A stretch of 64,000 nt of DNA from Bigelowiella natans CCMP2755 (GCA_000320545.1 ADNK01001279.1:62001-126000), one strand, 5' to 3'. Numbered from the stretch's first letter, positions 38,400 through 52,860 are shown. The notes: generated by a model not told the origin, from the sequence alone. Made by a program: numbers and translations.

Positions 38400-39836
38400 T
38401 TGTTTTTTCAAACGGCTCCTGTGAAAATGATGACTTGTTTTGAACGGCTGTGCTCCTAGTTTTGTCTTCTGTCATCAAAGCACTGGGCGCATCTCATTGG
38501 AATGTCGAGTGAACACCAATGTTGGTCTTGAGTCTTGATTCACTTCAACGAACTGAGCTCTGGATGCCTGAGGCATGCTGATTGGGGAGGGTGGAGCGAG
38601 GGAGCACACTCCAATGATCCTTTCAGGTCCCCTCTTTGGAATCACTTGCTAGCTTGTTGCCTGATGTCTAGCCATGCATCGTGTCACTCTGGCATTGATC
38701 GAGTGTCAAACTTCACCAGTCTGGCAGTGCCAGAGTGTTTCAACGTTCCAACGTTTCAGTGTTTCATTTGCTTGCTCAAGGGAAAGTCAGCACGTCCCAC
38801 GACCCTTTCAACCGCACTTTTGGACAGTGCTTTTGGGTGGCGCCACATGTGAGTCTTGCATGAACCTTGAGTTTTGCACCGCCAGACCGTTGCTGGAATC
38901 GTTTCGGCCACTTTCGTTTGTTCACTTGTCACACCTTGTTGTGACGACGTCCAAGTGAGCACGACTTTGAACTGTGAACTTCGCCTGCTCACTCACCAGC
39001 TCAGCGCATGCCAGTCATCTGGTCACTTGCACTTGAACTTTGTTGTTGCCCACTTGCTCAATGCATCCCACTCGTTGGCACATCCAGCAGCGTGCCCAAC
39101 AGTTTTCCCTCTTCTCCGCCCACGTGCAAAAACTTCTTTGTTCACAAACACAAGCTAGCTCGTTCTTTCAACCAGCTGCACCACTGGAATCAATTCACTC
39201 ACTCGTTCGGTCACCACGATCCAGTGTCACCAGCTGCACGATGCCATGATGATGGAGTTGGCACTTTTGACAATTGTCCTTTCAGCTGCGCCGTTGGAAT
39301 CACTTCGTTCATTCGTTCACCAGCAGCATGCACCACGAGTTGGCACTTCTGGTGATCCTTTCAGCCACTTCGCGTTTGAAACCAGCTTCACCAATTCGTG
39401 CAATTCGTTCATTGGAAACACTTCACTCATTCATGATGATCCTTCATTGCGGATTGCCTCATTGTGCATTGACGACATTGCACTCATCGTTGCGAGTGAC
39501 GGGTGACACGTGCGTGACTGTGAACACAGCGTGTGGACGTCGCTGTGTCCGGCCCAGAATTGGCGTGCATGCGGGCTCCACAACGAGGGCCATCGTCATC
39601 CATCATGTGCACTCATTCTGAGCTTCCTCATCGTAAACGTTCAAGCTCTAGAGCTAGGATGGCACGTCTAGCCAGACATCTCTTGTTTTGCACACCACAC
39701 GCCTGCATGAGTGTGATGATGATGGCGAGGAGGAGGACGATGCCAAGATGAAAGAAGAAGAAGAAGAAGAAAAGAAAAAGAAAGATGAGGTATTCGAACA
39801 TTGCCGAGAAGTGCACGCTCCGAGATGCCGTCGGTC

Positions 39837-39871
<35 letters not shown>

Positions 39872-40040
39872 ACAAACACACACTGTGATCATGATGTCAC
39901 AGGATGGAAATGGGCAGCTACATGAGTGGATTCACGTTGATTGTGCTCAGATTTAGCTTGTCATCAACATCTTAAACATTTAGACATGCTGACTGGCACA
40001 TTCAATGTGTGCCAAACATGCACAAGCTTTCAGTGCTTCA
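38400..40040. repeat. TpA-erased island; decayed TE- or gene-derived sequence
   Basis: In 38401-39630 I count four TAs, all in CTAG. CG is retained. Many overlapping Tyr-free ORFs. Confidence 0.75.
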
Positions 40041-41033
40041 GTTAGTGCTCCAAATGGTATCAGGAGGGTTTACACGGATATTCTCTAGAAAAAGCCTGAG
40101 AGACCTTGGCTCGGGGTCAAAAAGAGCCTCAGTCTTAATGGTGTTACCATGTTGCGTGACCTATAATGCAGAAGGGAAAAAGAGGATGAAACTTGGAATG
40201 AAAAGTGGGTTTTTATGTGTACAAAAAAGATGGTGACGCATAACTGATTACTCATCTTTTTGTGCTCATCATTGCGAAGATAGCGGACACTACGCGAGCA
40301 GAAGAAGCAGCAGCAACGGCAGAAGCTAGCACCTTATAGATGGCGTCCGCCTTCATGTCGTACTCTAACTTGAGAAGCTTGCAGTAGCGATGTTGGGGGT
40401 TGATTGCTAGGGCTTCAAATGTGATGGTGGAATCGGTGTGTAGCCCGTTCTGGGGTGTTGACACTACAATGGAATCGATCTCAACGTCTAAAATCAATCT
40501 CCTCTGCCCCCCAGTATTGGTAGTATCTGTATTCCTCTGTGGCAATATCGTTTCGATTAGCGCCAAGATATGCACCAATACTGCGATTGGATTACACAGT
40601 AGAGATGCAAACTTAGACATCTGTGTGGCAAGTAGAGGTCCTGTTGAACCATTGGCTATTTTGCGGAATGCTGTAGATACGATATCCTTCACATTCATGG
40701 GAGAGAACCGCGACAATATGGTCTTTGGAGCCAATACTCCGACCTCAGGACATAAAGACTCGGGCGCAAAACGCACTTTTAGAGGACTGTTTAGCATCAT
40801 GACGCTGTTGCCTATTTGTTCATATAATCCAGTATTGATAATAATATCCGAGGTGATACTACGTACAAGCAATCAACACACTTGGATTGCAGAGGGAAAA
40901 CATGAAGGATTAAAAAAGGCAGTAGGTCACTGTAGTCGTTCACATTTTCGTCGTCGTCGTCGTCTTCAATTGGACGTTTGCATGTATCATTATTTTGTGG
41001 GTGAAACAAATCATGTTATATACATACTTTTCT

Positions 41034-41069
<36 letters not shown>

Positions 41070-41074
41070 ATTTC

Positions 41075-41113
<39 letters not shown>

Positions 41114-44100
41114 CCTGCTCCGTGTCTAGCCCATATGCTCTTTATGATCTTAATTCTGGCCGTAAGTGCGAACTTCTCCATGCTTTGATGGAAGTCTTTA
41201 AGCTCTAACTGCCTTGTTGTACTGCGTAATTATTGAGTGCGATCAAGTATGAGTAGTAGTGGTAGAAGTAAGTAGTAGAAGCAGTACACAACCACCATCG
41301 AGATTTAAGAGGAGGAGGAAGTAGAGGAGATGGGGAACATACATTATATGGCTGCCAATAGTGCAGATAATAATTAGGTTACTAGTAGTAGTGATAGTAG
41401 TAGTAGTTGTAGTAGAAGTAGTAGTATCATCTTTTAGTTTATAAAGAGATTAGCGAACGATTAAGTAGTAAATAGGAAGAGGTGGGTGCAGCGTGCGTGA
41501 GAGATGGTTTGTTGTCATTTTCGTAGAAGAATAAGTAAACATAACACAGCATCACATCACATCCATGGAGGTTCATTCCAAAAACTAGAAACAAGAAAAC
41601 CGCTTACGTGCTTCCTGTTCCAGATGCATAAATCTTTGTTTCAGTATCAAAATCAAGAGCGACAGCAACGTGTGACACTGTAACTCCAAGATGCGAGACC
41701 AAGATACGATCAGAGGATATAGGAGCGAGCACAATGCCTTCAAGCGCCTTCTCTTTTCGTAGTAAAGCTGGGTGCTTGAGGAATCTTCGTCTACGTGTGA
41801 AAGAGTCTAAGACCTCAACAAACTTATGTGCACGTAGGATTTTCCGCAAAACTGGCAATATCCTCTTTCCTTTGGATAACTCGTCCTCTAGCATTGGAAG
41901 ATGCGGGTAGCGATAAGGCTTTGACTCCAAACTTAGCACCACTGTTTGTTTGTTTGCCAGCAGCCACAATACACATGACGACGACGACGACGATGATGAT
42001 GATGATGATGACACAGCGATCACACATAAGAACTATGAGAATAATAAAAATGGGGGAACCAAACATCAGCAAACATCATACACATTATCCGTAAATGAAT
42101 AATGAACAGCTTGCTTTAATATCGTGCTACTCTTGCTTCACTTGTATTTTCCGTCATGTGTTACTTTCATGTGTGTGTGTGTGTGTGTGTGTGTGCGTAT
42201 GTGTGTGTGTGTGTGTGTGTGCGAATCGTAATTTTCCTCCTTCCTCTCAAGACTATAGCTATGATATTAGTAGTTATATGAGTAGCACCTGTTCCATTTA
42301 TGAGAGCGTAGGCTACTACTTTCAGTTGTTGATAGTTCTGGTCTCCTTGGTGGTCAAAGGTGATGATAAGTGTATCGATGGAGAGCGACTTCACTCGAAA
42401 GAAATTGGAGGGAATGATGTTGCTAGATGGTATAGTTGTTGATGATGACGATATCATCGGCCTCTTGTTCCATTCGATAAGCTCGAGGGCATAGTTTGCT
42501 AGTTGACTTAAAGTGTTCAGGTTCATGCCTACGAGCGTTTGTATCATCCTTGGCGACATGTGATCGTAAGAAATACGTAGTTGAGCCCTCTCAGGAAAGT
42601 TAGACTCCACAATGTCCATGGCCGTTGGGTAACAATCGCTGTTTAGCTTGCCTGTCGCTCCCAAGAATCCGCCGAAACGAGAGCGACATGGCTTAAACTT
42701 GAGAACATGGCGGAGCGTTTTGAAGAACTTATTCGAGCAGCATGCGGTCCAAGGAGATAAAGGTGCCTCTGATGGAGACTCCACATCGATACGAACCTCA
42801 TCAATGAACCAACAACAGATAGGGAGGCAGGGAGGAATGGGAGGGAGAGAATATATATATTATTCGGTGTCGTTGTAGTTGTCGGTGAATGGGTTTTGAG
42901 ATATTTGATTGATTTTGATTGATTGGTGAAGATGTTGTTATTATCACGATTATTATTTATTACTGGAAGGCCTTGTGAAGAACCACGCATCCAAGGTGCT
43001 AGTTGAATGTTGGCCACAAACGTGATAGCAGAGGGGATTATAGGCGAAGATACTAATTGGAGACGTGAGGTCTGGATTTCTATAAACCTATGATAAATTG
43101 ATATTTATTAATTATTAGATGTAGCAGTACAGCAGCAGCAGCAGTAGTAGTAGTAGTAGTTGTAGTAGCAGCAGATGTGTAGAAAGTAGGAGATAGCAAG
43201 CTAGGAGTTCTCATTGACGAAGATGACGATGTTGATGATAATAATGATGATGATGATGATGACCACCTTATCGGTGCTATCTGCTCGCAGTATGCAATTC
43301 CTTTTTGGATGTGAGACTGGTTCCACAAAGAAACATCGTTCTTTGCGCTACTGGAGGTGCGGAGGAAGGCAGTAGTATTGGATGGTTGGCCATATTTCTC
43401 AGTGTTGAAGCCGTTGTTCCTCCCAAACACCATTCCTGGGGAGTTGCAGATCGTCGTCACGAAAGCTTCTGCACTCGATATACTGCTGATGCTATTCTGG
43501 CCTTGTTGTTGTTGGGTCTTCTTCTCTTCCTCCTCCTCCTTAGGATCATCATCTTTTGTCAATGCTGCTGTAGCTACCACTGCATCATCATTACTTTCAT
43601 CTTCTTCTTCCATTGCGTTGTTACTATTATGATCCTTATTGCTATAGCCACTACTATTATTATTGTTCGGTTTGAAGAACGATAATACAGCATGCACCAC
43701 AACGCTCCCAGCTTCAATGCCTGTAATCTCGACGACTCGTGAATGAAGAGAATTGTAGTGGGATTCCCCCAAAGAAGAAGATGGAGAGCCTCTGCTACTT
43801 CTACTATCACCACTTTGTTGTTTTGACCCCTTCTCGAGGAATCTCAAACATGACTACGGCATTATCATCACAAAAACAGCAGCAGCAGCAACAATAACAA
43901 AAACACATCATTTATCTAAGAATTCATTCTTAATAATATCATCATAAAGAAGGAGCGCTATGATGGCCATCTATGTTGATGTTGTTTCTCGTTGTTTACC
44001 TTCGCTCTATTACTACTACTACTACTACTACTACTACTACCTGCTTGAAACACTCTTCAAATTGCTTTCTATCGTCTGTTCCTTGATGACCGATTTGCTC

Positions 44101-44782
44101 GAGGCTGCAAGAAGAGAATGTCACTTTGAAAACTACTTGATAGAAACATTTGGGTGCAAAGATGCCGTCCATCAACTGCCTTGCGTCTGTTACAACCGAG
44201 AAAGATTTCTTTGCTTGAGATTCTACCTGATAATCAATGGATGGACGAATAAATGAATGATGAGACGTCACTGTAATCAAAATATACACATTTGTTACAA
44301 TCCTCCCCATCCTCCTCCTTCTCCTCCTCCTTCTCAGTGAGGAGTGAGAGGGACTACCCCTCCTCCTCCTCCTCCTCATCATCATCATCATAATTACATC
44401 GTTACATCATCACTCAGGCACTCAGACAGTCACCTGTACTACTTGTATGAACCATGCACTTGCATTGAGATCATCATCATCATCAACAACAACGCTTGAA
44501 GGCTCAGAAGAGGACAGCTTAATTCCGAGGAAGAAGTTGGACCATTTCCGTAGCTTGATGAAAAGGCAGTAGGTTCCCATAAAGGGGTTGTTGATGTTGT
44601 TGTTGTTGTTGTTGTTTTCTAAGGAAGAGGAGGAGGAGGAGGAGGAGGAGGAGGAGGAGGAAGAAGAAGGGGTAGAGCTGCTGGTCCAGTGCGCTGTCAA
44701 GTAGCGCGACGTTGAAAGTCCCATACTATCACAAACCTGATTGTTAGTTAGTTAGTAAGGTAGCTATTTCTCAATTTATCAC

Positions 44783-44818
<36 letters not shown>

Positions 44819-44854
44819 TCACATCAGCTTTGTCTCCTCTCATTTCCGTTATCA

Positions 44855-44895
<41 letters not shown>

Positions 44896-45804
44896 TCCCC
44901 CTCCCATATTATTGCATACATCCGATATGTGCTCCAAAGCTGCCTGAGACCGTAGTGATCTTAGTTCTGCCACGATGTTGTAGCAGCTCTTCTCGATTGC
45001 TTTCTGTGTGTTGAAGAGGATGCGGTGCAATCGTGGTTTGACCAGCTGTAGTAGTCTTACGTTCTCACCACCACTTTCATCACCACCAGTACTTGCTCTT
45101 CTCTCCCAACGAAGGATAAACTTACCAGTGCGCATGTGCACCGATATAAGAATCTGCAGTATATGATGATGATGGTGATGACGAGGATGACTTCAAGCAA
45201 ATACGATAAAACATATAAATCGTTTATTTGTAGAAGTAACATTGAAATACATCATGGAAGTTAGACACAATGACGTATTCACTCAAATATGTTTATGGTA
45301 AGAAAAGGAGGAGGAGGAGGAGGAGGAGGAGGAGGAGACGAAGAAAGAGAAATTGAATGTCTTCACAATGGTATATGGTATTGGGAACTATTACGTATGC
45401 TGCCCAATGACAACAACAACAACAACAACAACAACAACCTTGTACGAATAGGTGAGATGTACGCGTAGGCTAGTGCTGCACGAGTGTTCAGATAACGAAG
45501 AGGAAGATGTAGTAGTAGACGATGATGATGATGATGATGATGAGGATGAAGATGCTTTGGATCTTGTTGCAACGATTGACAGTCTTTCATAACTCCTTCT
45601 CTTCCCCATATTGTGTGTCGCACGCTCGATGTACCTGTTTCAGTGTGGCGCAGAAGAAGGAAAGAACAAGGAAACGAATGATGATGATGGTGATGATGAT
45701 GATATTGAGAGATGGAGGAAGAAGATGGGGAGGAGAGGGATTAGAAAGAGGAGTCTTAGATGTCGTGTACTAGTACCTACTACAACAACAACACCTACAA
45801 CAAT

Positions 45805-45837
<33 letters not shown>

Positions 45838-45998
45838 CTTTTAAGCCTGTGAATACGGTGTGCTGCGTGTGTGCTCAACACCGTCTGCATTACGCTCTCC
45901 AGATTCAATGCGGAGAACTTTATCTCTGATGGTGATTGATGATGATAATGATGATGCGAGAGTCACAGAAGACACGTTTTGCAATGATATATGTGTGC

Positions 45999-46034
<36 letters not shown>

Positions 46035-46182
46035 TATGAGAGTAGTCGTTGTGTGCAGGAGGGGGAGAGAGATGGAGAGGCCAGTAGATACTTGTGCGCT
46101 GTTCTGACAAAATGTGTCAGAATAAGGTGTTTCTACTAGTGCTGCTGCTACTACTACCACTGCCACTACTACTGTAACCTGG

Positions 46183-46214
<32 letters not shown>

Positions 46215-46889
46215 GCGAAATCGTCTTGATCATCGTCCTGGTGCTAGTATTTCCTCTTCCTCCTCCTACTCCCTTCAAATCATCTGTAGCACTTCGGCCC
46301 ATCTCCTCCCCTCCATCATTAGTAATATTATCAGCATCACTAGCTGAAGCAACAACCCCCCAATCGTCAAGTGGAGGGTTGTTCGTTACACCTAGTAGAT
46401 TGTTGTGATTGTTTATTGCGATCTTCAAGTATATGTTATCATCCTCGTCATCTTGTCTCGTCTTTGGCTCTGATATTTAGAGAAGAATAGGCAGAAGAAG
46501 GGGGGGGAGGGGGAGGGGGAGGAGGAGGAGGAGGGGGAGGAGGAGGAGGAGGAGGATAAGGATAGGAGAGAGAGAAAGGAAGTACTTATTTTCCTTTTTT
46601 CTTAACATCTTCCTTTTTATTATCGTGTGAGGGAACATATGATATTTGCTGCTTCACCACGATGAAGTGCTTTTCACTTATGATGATGATGAACATGATG
46701 AAGATGAAGATTTGAGACGACATTGTATTAGTATCAAAAGTAGTAGTAGTAGTAGTAGTAGTAGTGCTATATATCATAGAATGGATGGATTATGTAATCT
46801 CATCATCATCATTATATGTGATAACCAAAGAACGACGACTTCATCATGTTACAGTGAATGTAACAAACAAAGACGATAGTGTATTGTTG

Positions 46890-46923
<34 letters not shown>

Positions 46924-48356
46924 GCTAGATGAGCGAGAAGTTCTTACTCTTCTTCTTACTATTATTCATGTTCTTATTACCAGCCTGGATTTGAGCAGCA
47001 GCAGCAGCATAGATCTGCCCATCAACTGGAATAAGTGGCGCATTTTTCCAATACCGAATAACAAGTTGTTCCTTGCTCCTAGTATGTATTTATACATCAA
47101 TTAGAGTAGTGACCAACTTAATGATGATGCGTATGTGTAAGTGTGGTGGGGGTGCAACAACATCTAGTCGTAGGACAGTGCCTATCATATTGCAGCAGCA
47201 GCAGCAGCAGCAGCAGCATATTGTTTGAAATGTTAGATGATAATACAAGTAGCAGTATGCACACACATAATAAAGTTACTATCTATTTAAGTAGCTAACC
47301 TGCTGATTGTCACTCCTTTTGGTCCAAACCTTGCGTGGAGACTTCCTGCTGCTTCTCTTGCTTGCTTCTGCAGCACGCCAAGACTGAAAAACAACAACAA
47401 CAACGACAACAACAACAACAACATCAACAAGATGCAACCAGTAGAAACGAGAAGCTTTCATCAGAGTTATGACGACGACGATGATAACCATGATGATGAT
47501 AATGATGGTTTGACTAGTAGCTAAAGCTGTAGAGAGAAAAGAGAGAGAGGGGGGGGGGGGGGGGGGCATAACAGAGCGCTAGTAATAAAGCAGCAATGTC
47601 GCATGGTGTATACATTTTCCAGGAAGGATTCTAACAACTGAAGAGATATGAATGATGGGATTATCTCGATTATAAGTCTTTACGACAGAGTACACTCGCG
47701 TTACTTCTTCTTCTACTACTAAATGTGATATATTATACGTGATTATTGTGATGATATACTAGGAAAGAGTATCTTTTATTATTGTTACCCAAGTCTCATG
47801 CAAAAGAGATGCAACCGATTGTAAATCACGACGATGGGGTTGGTCTGTATGTTTGTATGTTTGTATGTATGTATGTATGTCTGTATGTTTGTATGTGTAT
47901 ATGTATGCATGTATGTATGTATGAAACACGGCATTATTATTAGTAGTATAACAAGAAGAATAAATAAGAAGAAGGTAATTGCGACGACAACTGACTGAGC
48001 GGCGAGAAAGAAGAGACAGTTACAAATTGTTGTTGTTGTTGTTGTACTTAAAACATCATTTACATATTTTGGTTCGTCCAATTGTGTTATCATCAGGTCG
48101 GCTGTGTTGATAATAGTTGGTGACGATCCTTCTCACTATCATCATCATCATGATTCTCATGGTAGCAGATGAGGTGATAATGACCTCAAGGAAGATAAGA
48201 TTATTTAGGTGATCTCTCAGTTTGTTCATCTGAGTTGATTGGATGGTGGAAGGAAAAGAAGAAAATCATCATCAATAAGGAGCTTGCTAAGAGAGAAGAC
48301 GACGATTGTTGCTTGTGGTGGTAGCAGCAGATATGTGCTACTGCTACTAGTAGCAT

Positions 48357-48389
<33 letters not shown>

Positions 48390-48607
48390 CAGAAGTAGTG
48401 GTAGTAGTAGTTCCGTGGTGTAGTATAAAATGATGCTAGATTAGATGATGTGTATGTTATATCGTATTTTTTGGCGGAGAGCACTACTACCTGCATTTGA
48501 TCCACAAGGAGTCTATTTGACTTGTTCTTGTTCTTGTTGTTATTAGCTTTCTCAGCAACCAAGATATTAACGCTGAGTAGTAGCCAAAATACCCTTCTAT
48601 TTTGAGG

Positions 48608-48639
<32 letters not shown>

Positions 48640-49045
48640 TGTCCCCCTCTTTCTGGTCACAGCCTCCTTCCTTGTACGCCGTCCTACTGCTACTGCTTCT
48701 TCTTCTTCCAGATGGCTGGTGCGGTGCTAAAGGAGCTCCTTCTGGTTTCATTCTTAGGGATATTCCTATCTCGAATTCGTCGGCAGCCCTCAGATATGCC
48801 ACTCCGTTCTGTTGTAGATCAATAATAGAACAAGAAGAACAAAATTATCAAGATAAAAAAGAAGCAGCTCATCATCATCATCATCATCATCATCATCGTC
48901 ATCATCGTCATCATGATATCACTACCACCACTACTACTACCTCAACTCGTATGTTTGTAAATTGTGCTGGGATCCTAGTTGCTAGTAGCCTTATCCAGAC
49001 TTTGTCGTTTAGCCTAATGATATGATAGCGCACGGATGATGATGG

Positions 49046-49079
<34 letters not shown>

Positions 49080-49310
49080 CACTAGGTACTACGCCTTAAG
49101 GAGGGGGGATAGTAGATCGGTAGGTTGAATGTGTACAACCTTCGTATGGTACGTTTTCTTTCCTCTCGTGGCAACTTGCGTGAAATCTGAGCCTAAAAAC
49201 CAACCGAATCAAGCATCTCAAGAGATCATAACGATAACGATAACAATACAATAATAATTATGCCAAATCATAATGCTTTTCAGTGTCATTTATGTGAGTA
49301 ATACCAATGC

Positions 49311-49355
<45 letters not shown>

Positions 49356-49415
49356 TGTTTGTCAAGTTCCTATGCACATATAAACTATACTACGTCCGTC
49401 TCGTCCAAAACGACA

Positions 49416-49469
<54 letters not shown>

Positions 49470-50321
49470 GAAAACAAGTGATGATAAATTCAGTACAAGC
49501 ACAGGATATTCATCATTTTTCGGTGTATTCTACTACTAATAATAACACAAGGTAGTAGCACCATCACCAGCACCTTGGTTTCAATAATCTTCGGAAGCAA
49601 ACGGTAGGAGCCTGCAGTCATGACATGCAGTGCAGCAGTAACATCCCACATAGGATACGCTCTTTCATCGACCGCCCAGCGCTGATATGATGATGATAGT
49701 AATGATGATGATCATGATGAGGAATATCAAAGATCAATTGTTATTGGTTGCTTACCGCAATAAGCTGAAGCCTTCTCTTCGTATCGTCAAACACATAGTC
49801 TCTCAATCGAGTCACCTGAGTAGTTGTCAAGATAAATCACTGTGGCTTACAATGTGATTTACCTACTTAATAGCGATTGCAATTGTGTCGCTTTTCCGGT
49901 GCTCTTTCCTCTCCTCTCTTCCTCGCTTTTAACATCATCATAATCATCATAATCATCCTAGAATCTGCAACTACTAACTTTAGATAAACGCGAGAGTCTC
50001 TTGCTGATCGACGAGTAGTTCCTTGCGTATTTCACCAACACAAGGGCCTCTGCACAAGGATGTGTGATGTATCAACAGTATGTAATAACAACAAAATTTT
50101 CATTCAAAAACTAAATCGGAACGGATGATAATGAATGAGCGAAGAGAAGCTTTCTCTGGCATGGCTATTGAATTATTCTATCTCTCGTTTTCAGTTTCCG
50201 GGAAAATTGCAACGTATCATGGGATGTAGCTGCTTCTAATTCTTTGTGAGAAATAATCGGCAAGGAAGTGATTCTTGCTTGTGATTACGTTGTCTATCTG
50301 AACATACCCATCTTATGACTG

Positions 50322-50356
<35 letters not shown>

Positions 50357-50426
50357 CTATTCCTACTTTCAAATTCATGTCTCTTCACTTCGAGGGTGGC
50401 GAGAAGCCCTGCCGTGTAGCAAAATG

Positions 50427-50459
<33 letters not shown>

Positions 50460-50603
50460 ATAGTTGGATGTCAGTGAAATATTAGAGAAAGTAGACGGAA
50501 ATAGGAGAGAGCTTGAAAGCCAAAATGGAACAGCAAACCAAAAAATCAGACAAACACACCAGGACCATTCTAAAAAATGAAGTTCGAATTACCTTAAAGT
50601 TCT

Positions 50604-50637
<34 letters not shown>

Positions 50638-51350
50638 CACTACACTACACTACTACATGATTGTACATGATTAGATAGAGGGTGGTGTATTGACTTATTC
50701 TGTTGTTTGGATTCCCGGATCTATCCATCAGCGCTTCACTGAGATCACGCAGTGCGCTTGCTGTCCGGACGGCCTATTTGGGGGAAAAGGGGGAGGAGTG
50801 GGAACACAAAACCCATACGACGATCAAAGACATCGTTGTTTATACCCGACGGCCAGCGGCAGCAGCGGCAGCATCACCACCACCACCACCACCACCACCA
50901 CCACCACCAATATCCTTACAGCAGCACCCACCAGCTGCTGCAAAATTCGTCTGAGCTCGACTTCATGATGCTCATTTTGCCAGGCACCCGCTCCCCTGAT
51001 CGCAATATTCTTGTGAGGAGGAGAAGGGGAGGAGCAAATGAAGCTTGACGGCAAGATAGTGTAGTCGCTTAATCATGATGATGCGCAGAAAGGAGGGCAT
51101 TTTGATGTGTGCATCATTAGCATGAGGAGCACATGATTCACTTTTCCCTATAGCTGCGAAGAGGATTTGGGGGGGGATGTAGAGCGCAGCCCCTCTAGGA
51201 ATAAAGGAATGAAAGAGAAAGACGTTATAGGTTTCATACTGCATTGTCCCCCTGGGTAGCAGGCTGGTGTGCTTTGTTTGTTCTCCTTTGTAGTAGTAGT
51301 AGGAAACTCTCTTCTGTAGTCTTTCTTATATCGTTGTCGTTGTGTTATAT
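39700..51350. repeat. Representative microsatellite-saturated domain: (ATC)n, (AGT)n, (AAC)n, (AGG)n, (AG)n, (AC)n, (AT)n. Similar domains at ~1.5-5, 11.3-15.6, 19.5-22.8, 27.5-32.7 and 57-63.6 kb
   Basis: Perfect simple repeats are directly visible in most introns and some exons. Confidence 0.9.
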
Positions 51351-51360
51351 CTAGGTTGTT
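40252..51360 (-). CDS. Large multi-exon hypothetical gene (possibly more than one gene); 5' end uncertain
   Basis: A series of minus-strand GT-AG bounded exons in microsatellite-rich introns, e.g. [14 protein letters not shown]|[21 protein letters not shown]-like [21 protein letters not shown]-like AAAAQIQA, and a terminal ~200-aa exon ending [11 protein letters not shown]. No family recognised. Confidence 0.55.
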
Positions 51361-51479
51361 CCTTGGATGAAATAATGTCTACAATCAGATATGTCAGTTG
51401 ATGAATGCCTTGTTGCTCGAAATAGATAGATCAACTTTTCATAATTACAAACATGGTAATATTCGGCTTGAATTATGAA

Positions 51480-52860
51480 ACCACTCAAAAATCTTCGCTG
51501 TGTTCTGAAATGTGTTCACTTGCAGCAGCCGCACTCACACCCGTCTTTCTTTGATGTTTGTTGAGGCTCTGCTGCGTGCACATGCCTGTCTTCCATGTGG
51601 TTCTGGCGCATGTAGTTTTGATCAATGCTTTGTTCAATGTTCAATGTTCAATGTTCTTGTTCCCAAGTGGTGCAATGGCCTCAATTCCTGCATCATCACC
51701 TTGGTTCTGCCATGTGATTTTTTCAGTGATGCGGACGAAGCTGCAACCCCATCGCAGACGTTCACTGCAGGCGCGACTGCTTCCAAGTTCTTCCTCCCAC
51801 GCCACTGCACCAACGGCACTCACGCAGTTGTCCAATTCGATGCAGCGATGGGCGTTTGACACATTCTGTCACAAGTTCTTCCGTGATTTTGCCTTTTTTT
51901 GTTCCACCTCTTGCGATTCAAACAGTGCTGGAGTGCACAAAAGCTCTCGCGATGGTTTTTGCCAAGGAAAGGATCGCCAGCGTGCAACGCTTGTTCACTG
52001 AGAGCAGGTGCCACTGAACGCACCAGCAGAGTTCAAGTCACTTGATTGACTCGATTTTGTCTCCGCCCACTCGATCTAGCGATCTGACACACTCTGGCAC
52101 TGAGATCATTGCCTGCTCGCCACCAAGTGATGGTTGACAAATGGTGGCTGCACCGACAACGATCTAGCGGCCGACAGCCGACAGACAGCGCAGCACTGTG
52201 GCCCTGCCCCCTCTCGCACAGAGCCAGCGCCAGAGCGCATCGCCTCAAAACTCCAATTTTTCCACCATCACTAGATCACATTCTCTGGTTCTGTGCGTGC
52301 GTGTCTGTGGGGACTTCAAGTCCCTGGGTCCATTCATTTTTCACTGCACATCACCACAGCCATGGATGCTCTCGTTTTGTCACACACGCACATTGCACGT
52401 GCACACTGAAGATCGTGTCTGTCATTGTTGACCCAAATGACACTTCATGCATGCGCGATGGAGCAGGTGCGCAGGTGCACACATCATTGCAGGCCACGGT
52501 GTGGAAAGCAAGCAAGTGTGACAAGTTGCATGGCTTGAAAACCGCATCACAACAGATGCAACATTTTGTGTGTGCACTGCAGTGCACGCTGCTGCACAAT
52601 GCATTGCAACAAAAAAGTGTCCGTGCATGCTAGCATGTGCATGTCGTTTTGATCGCATGTGCATGCGCATGAACAAAGTCAATGCGGAGTCTACACGGGC
52701 AATGCATGTTTTGAATGGTCTAGGCACAGTGAAAGCCGCGCACCTAGCCACACACATGCACACGTGCGACACATGCTGCGCACATGTGACGCACTAGCGC
52801 AGCGATGCATGCACGCTATGCACACGCACGTTCTTTTGTCATTAGCGCAGGCCATTGTCA
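51480..52860. repeat. TpA-erased island; decayed coding-like and repeat sequence
   Basis: In 51481-52680 I count five TAs: four CTAG and one GTAG. Tyr-free, Cys/His-rich ORFs on both strands. Confidence 0.75.

Noticed and set aside
39440-39506. LCIDDIALI resembling a mutated copia reverse-transcriptase YVDD motif
   Set aside because: The flanking RT motifs (LYGLKQ, DPCL, LG) are not recognisable, so it is insufficient for a retrotransposon call.
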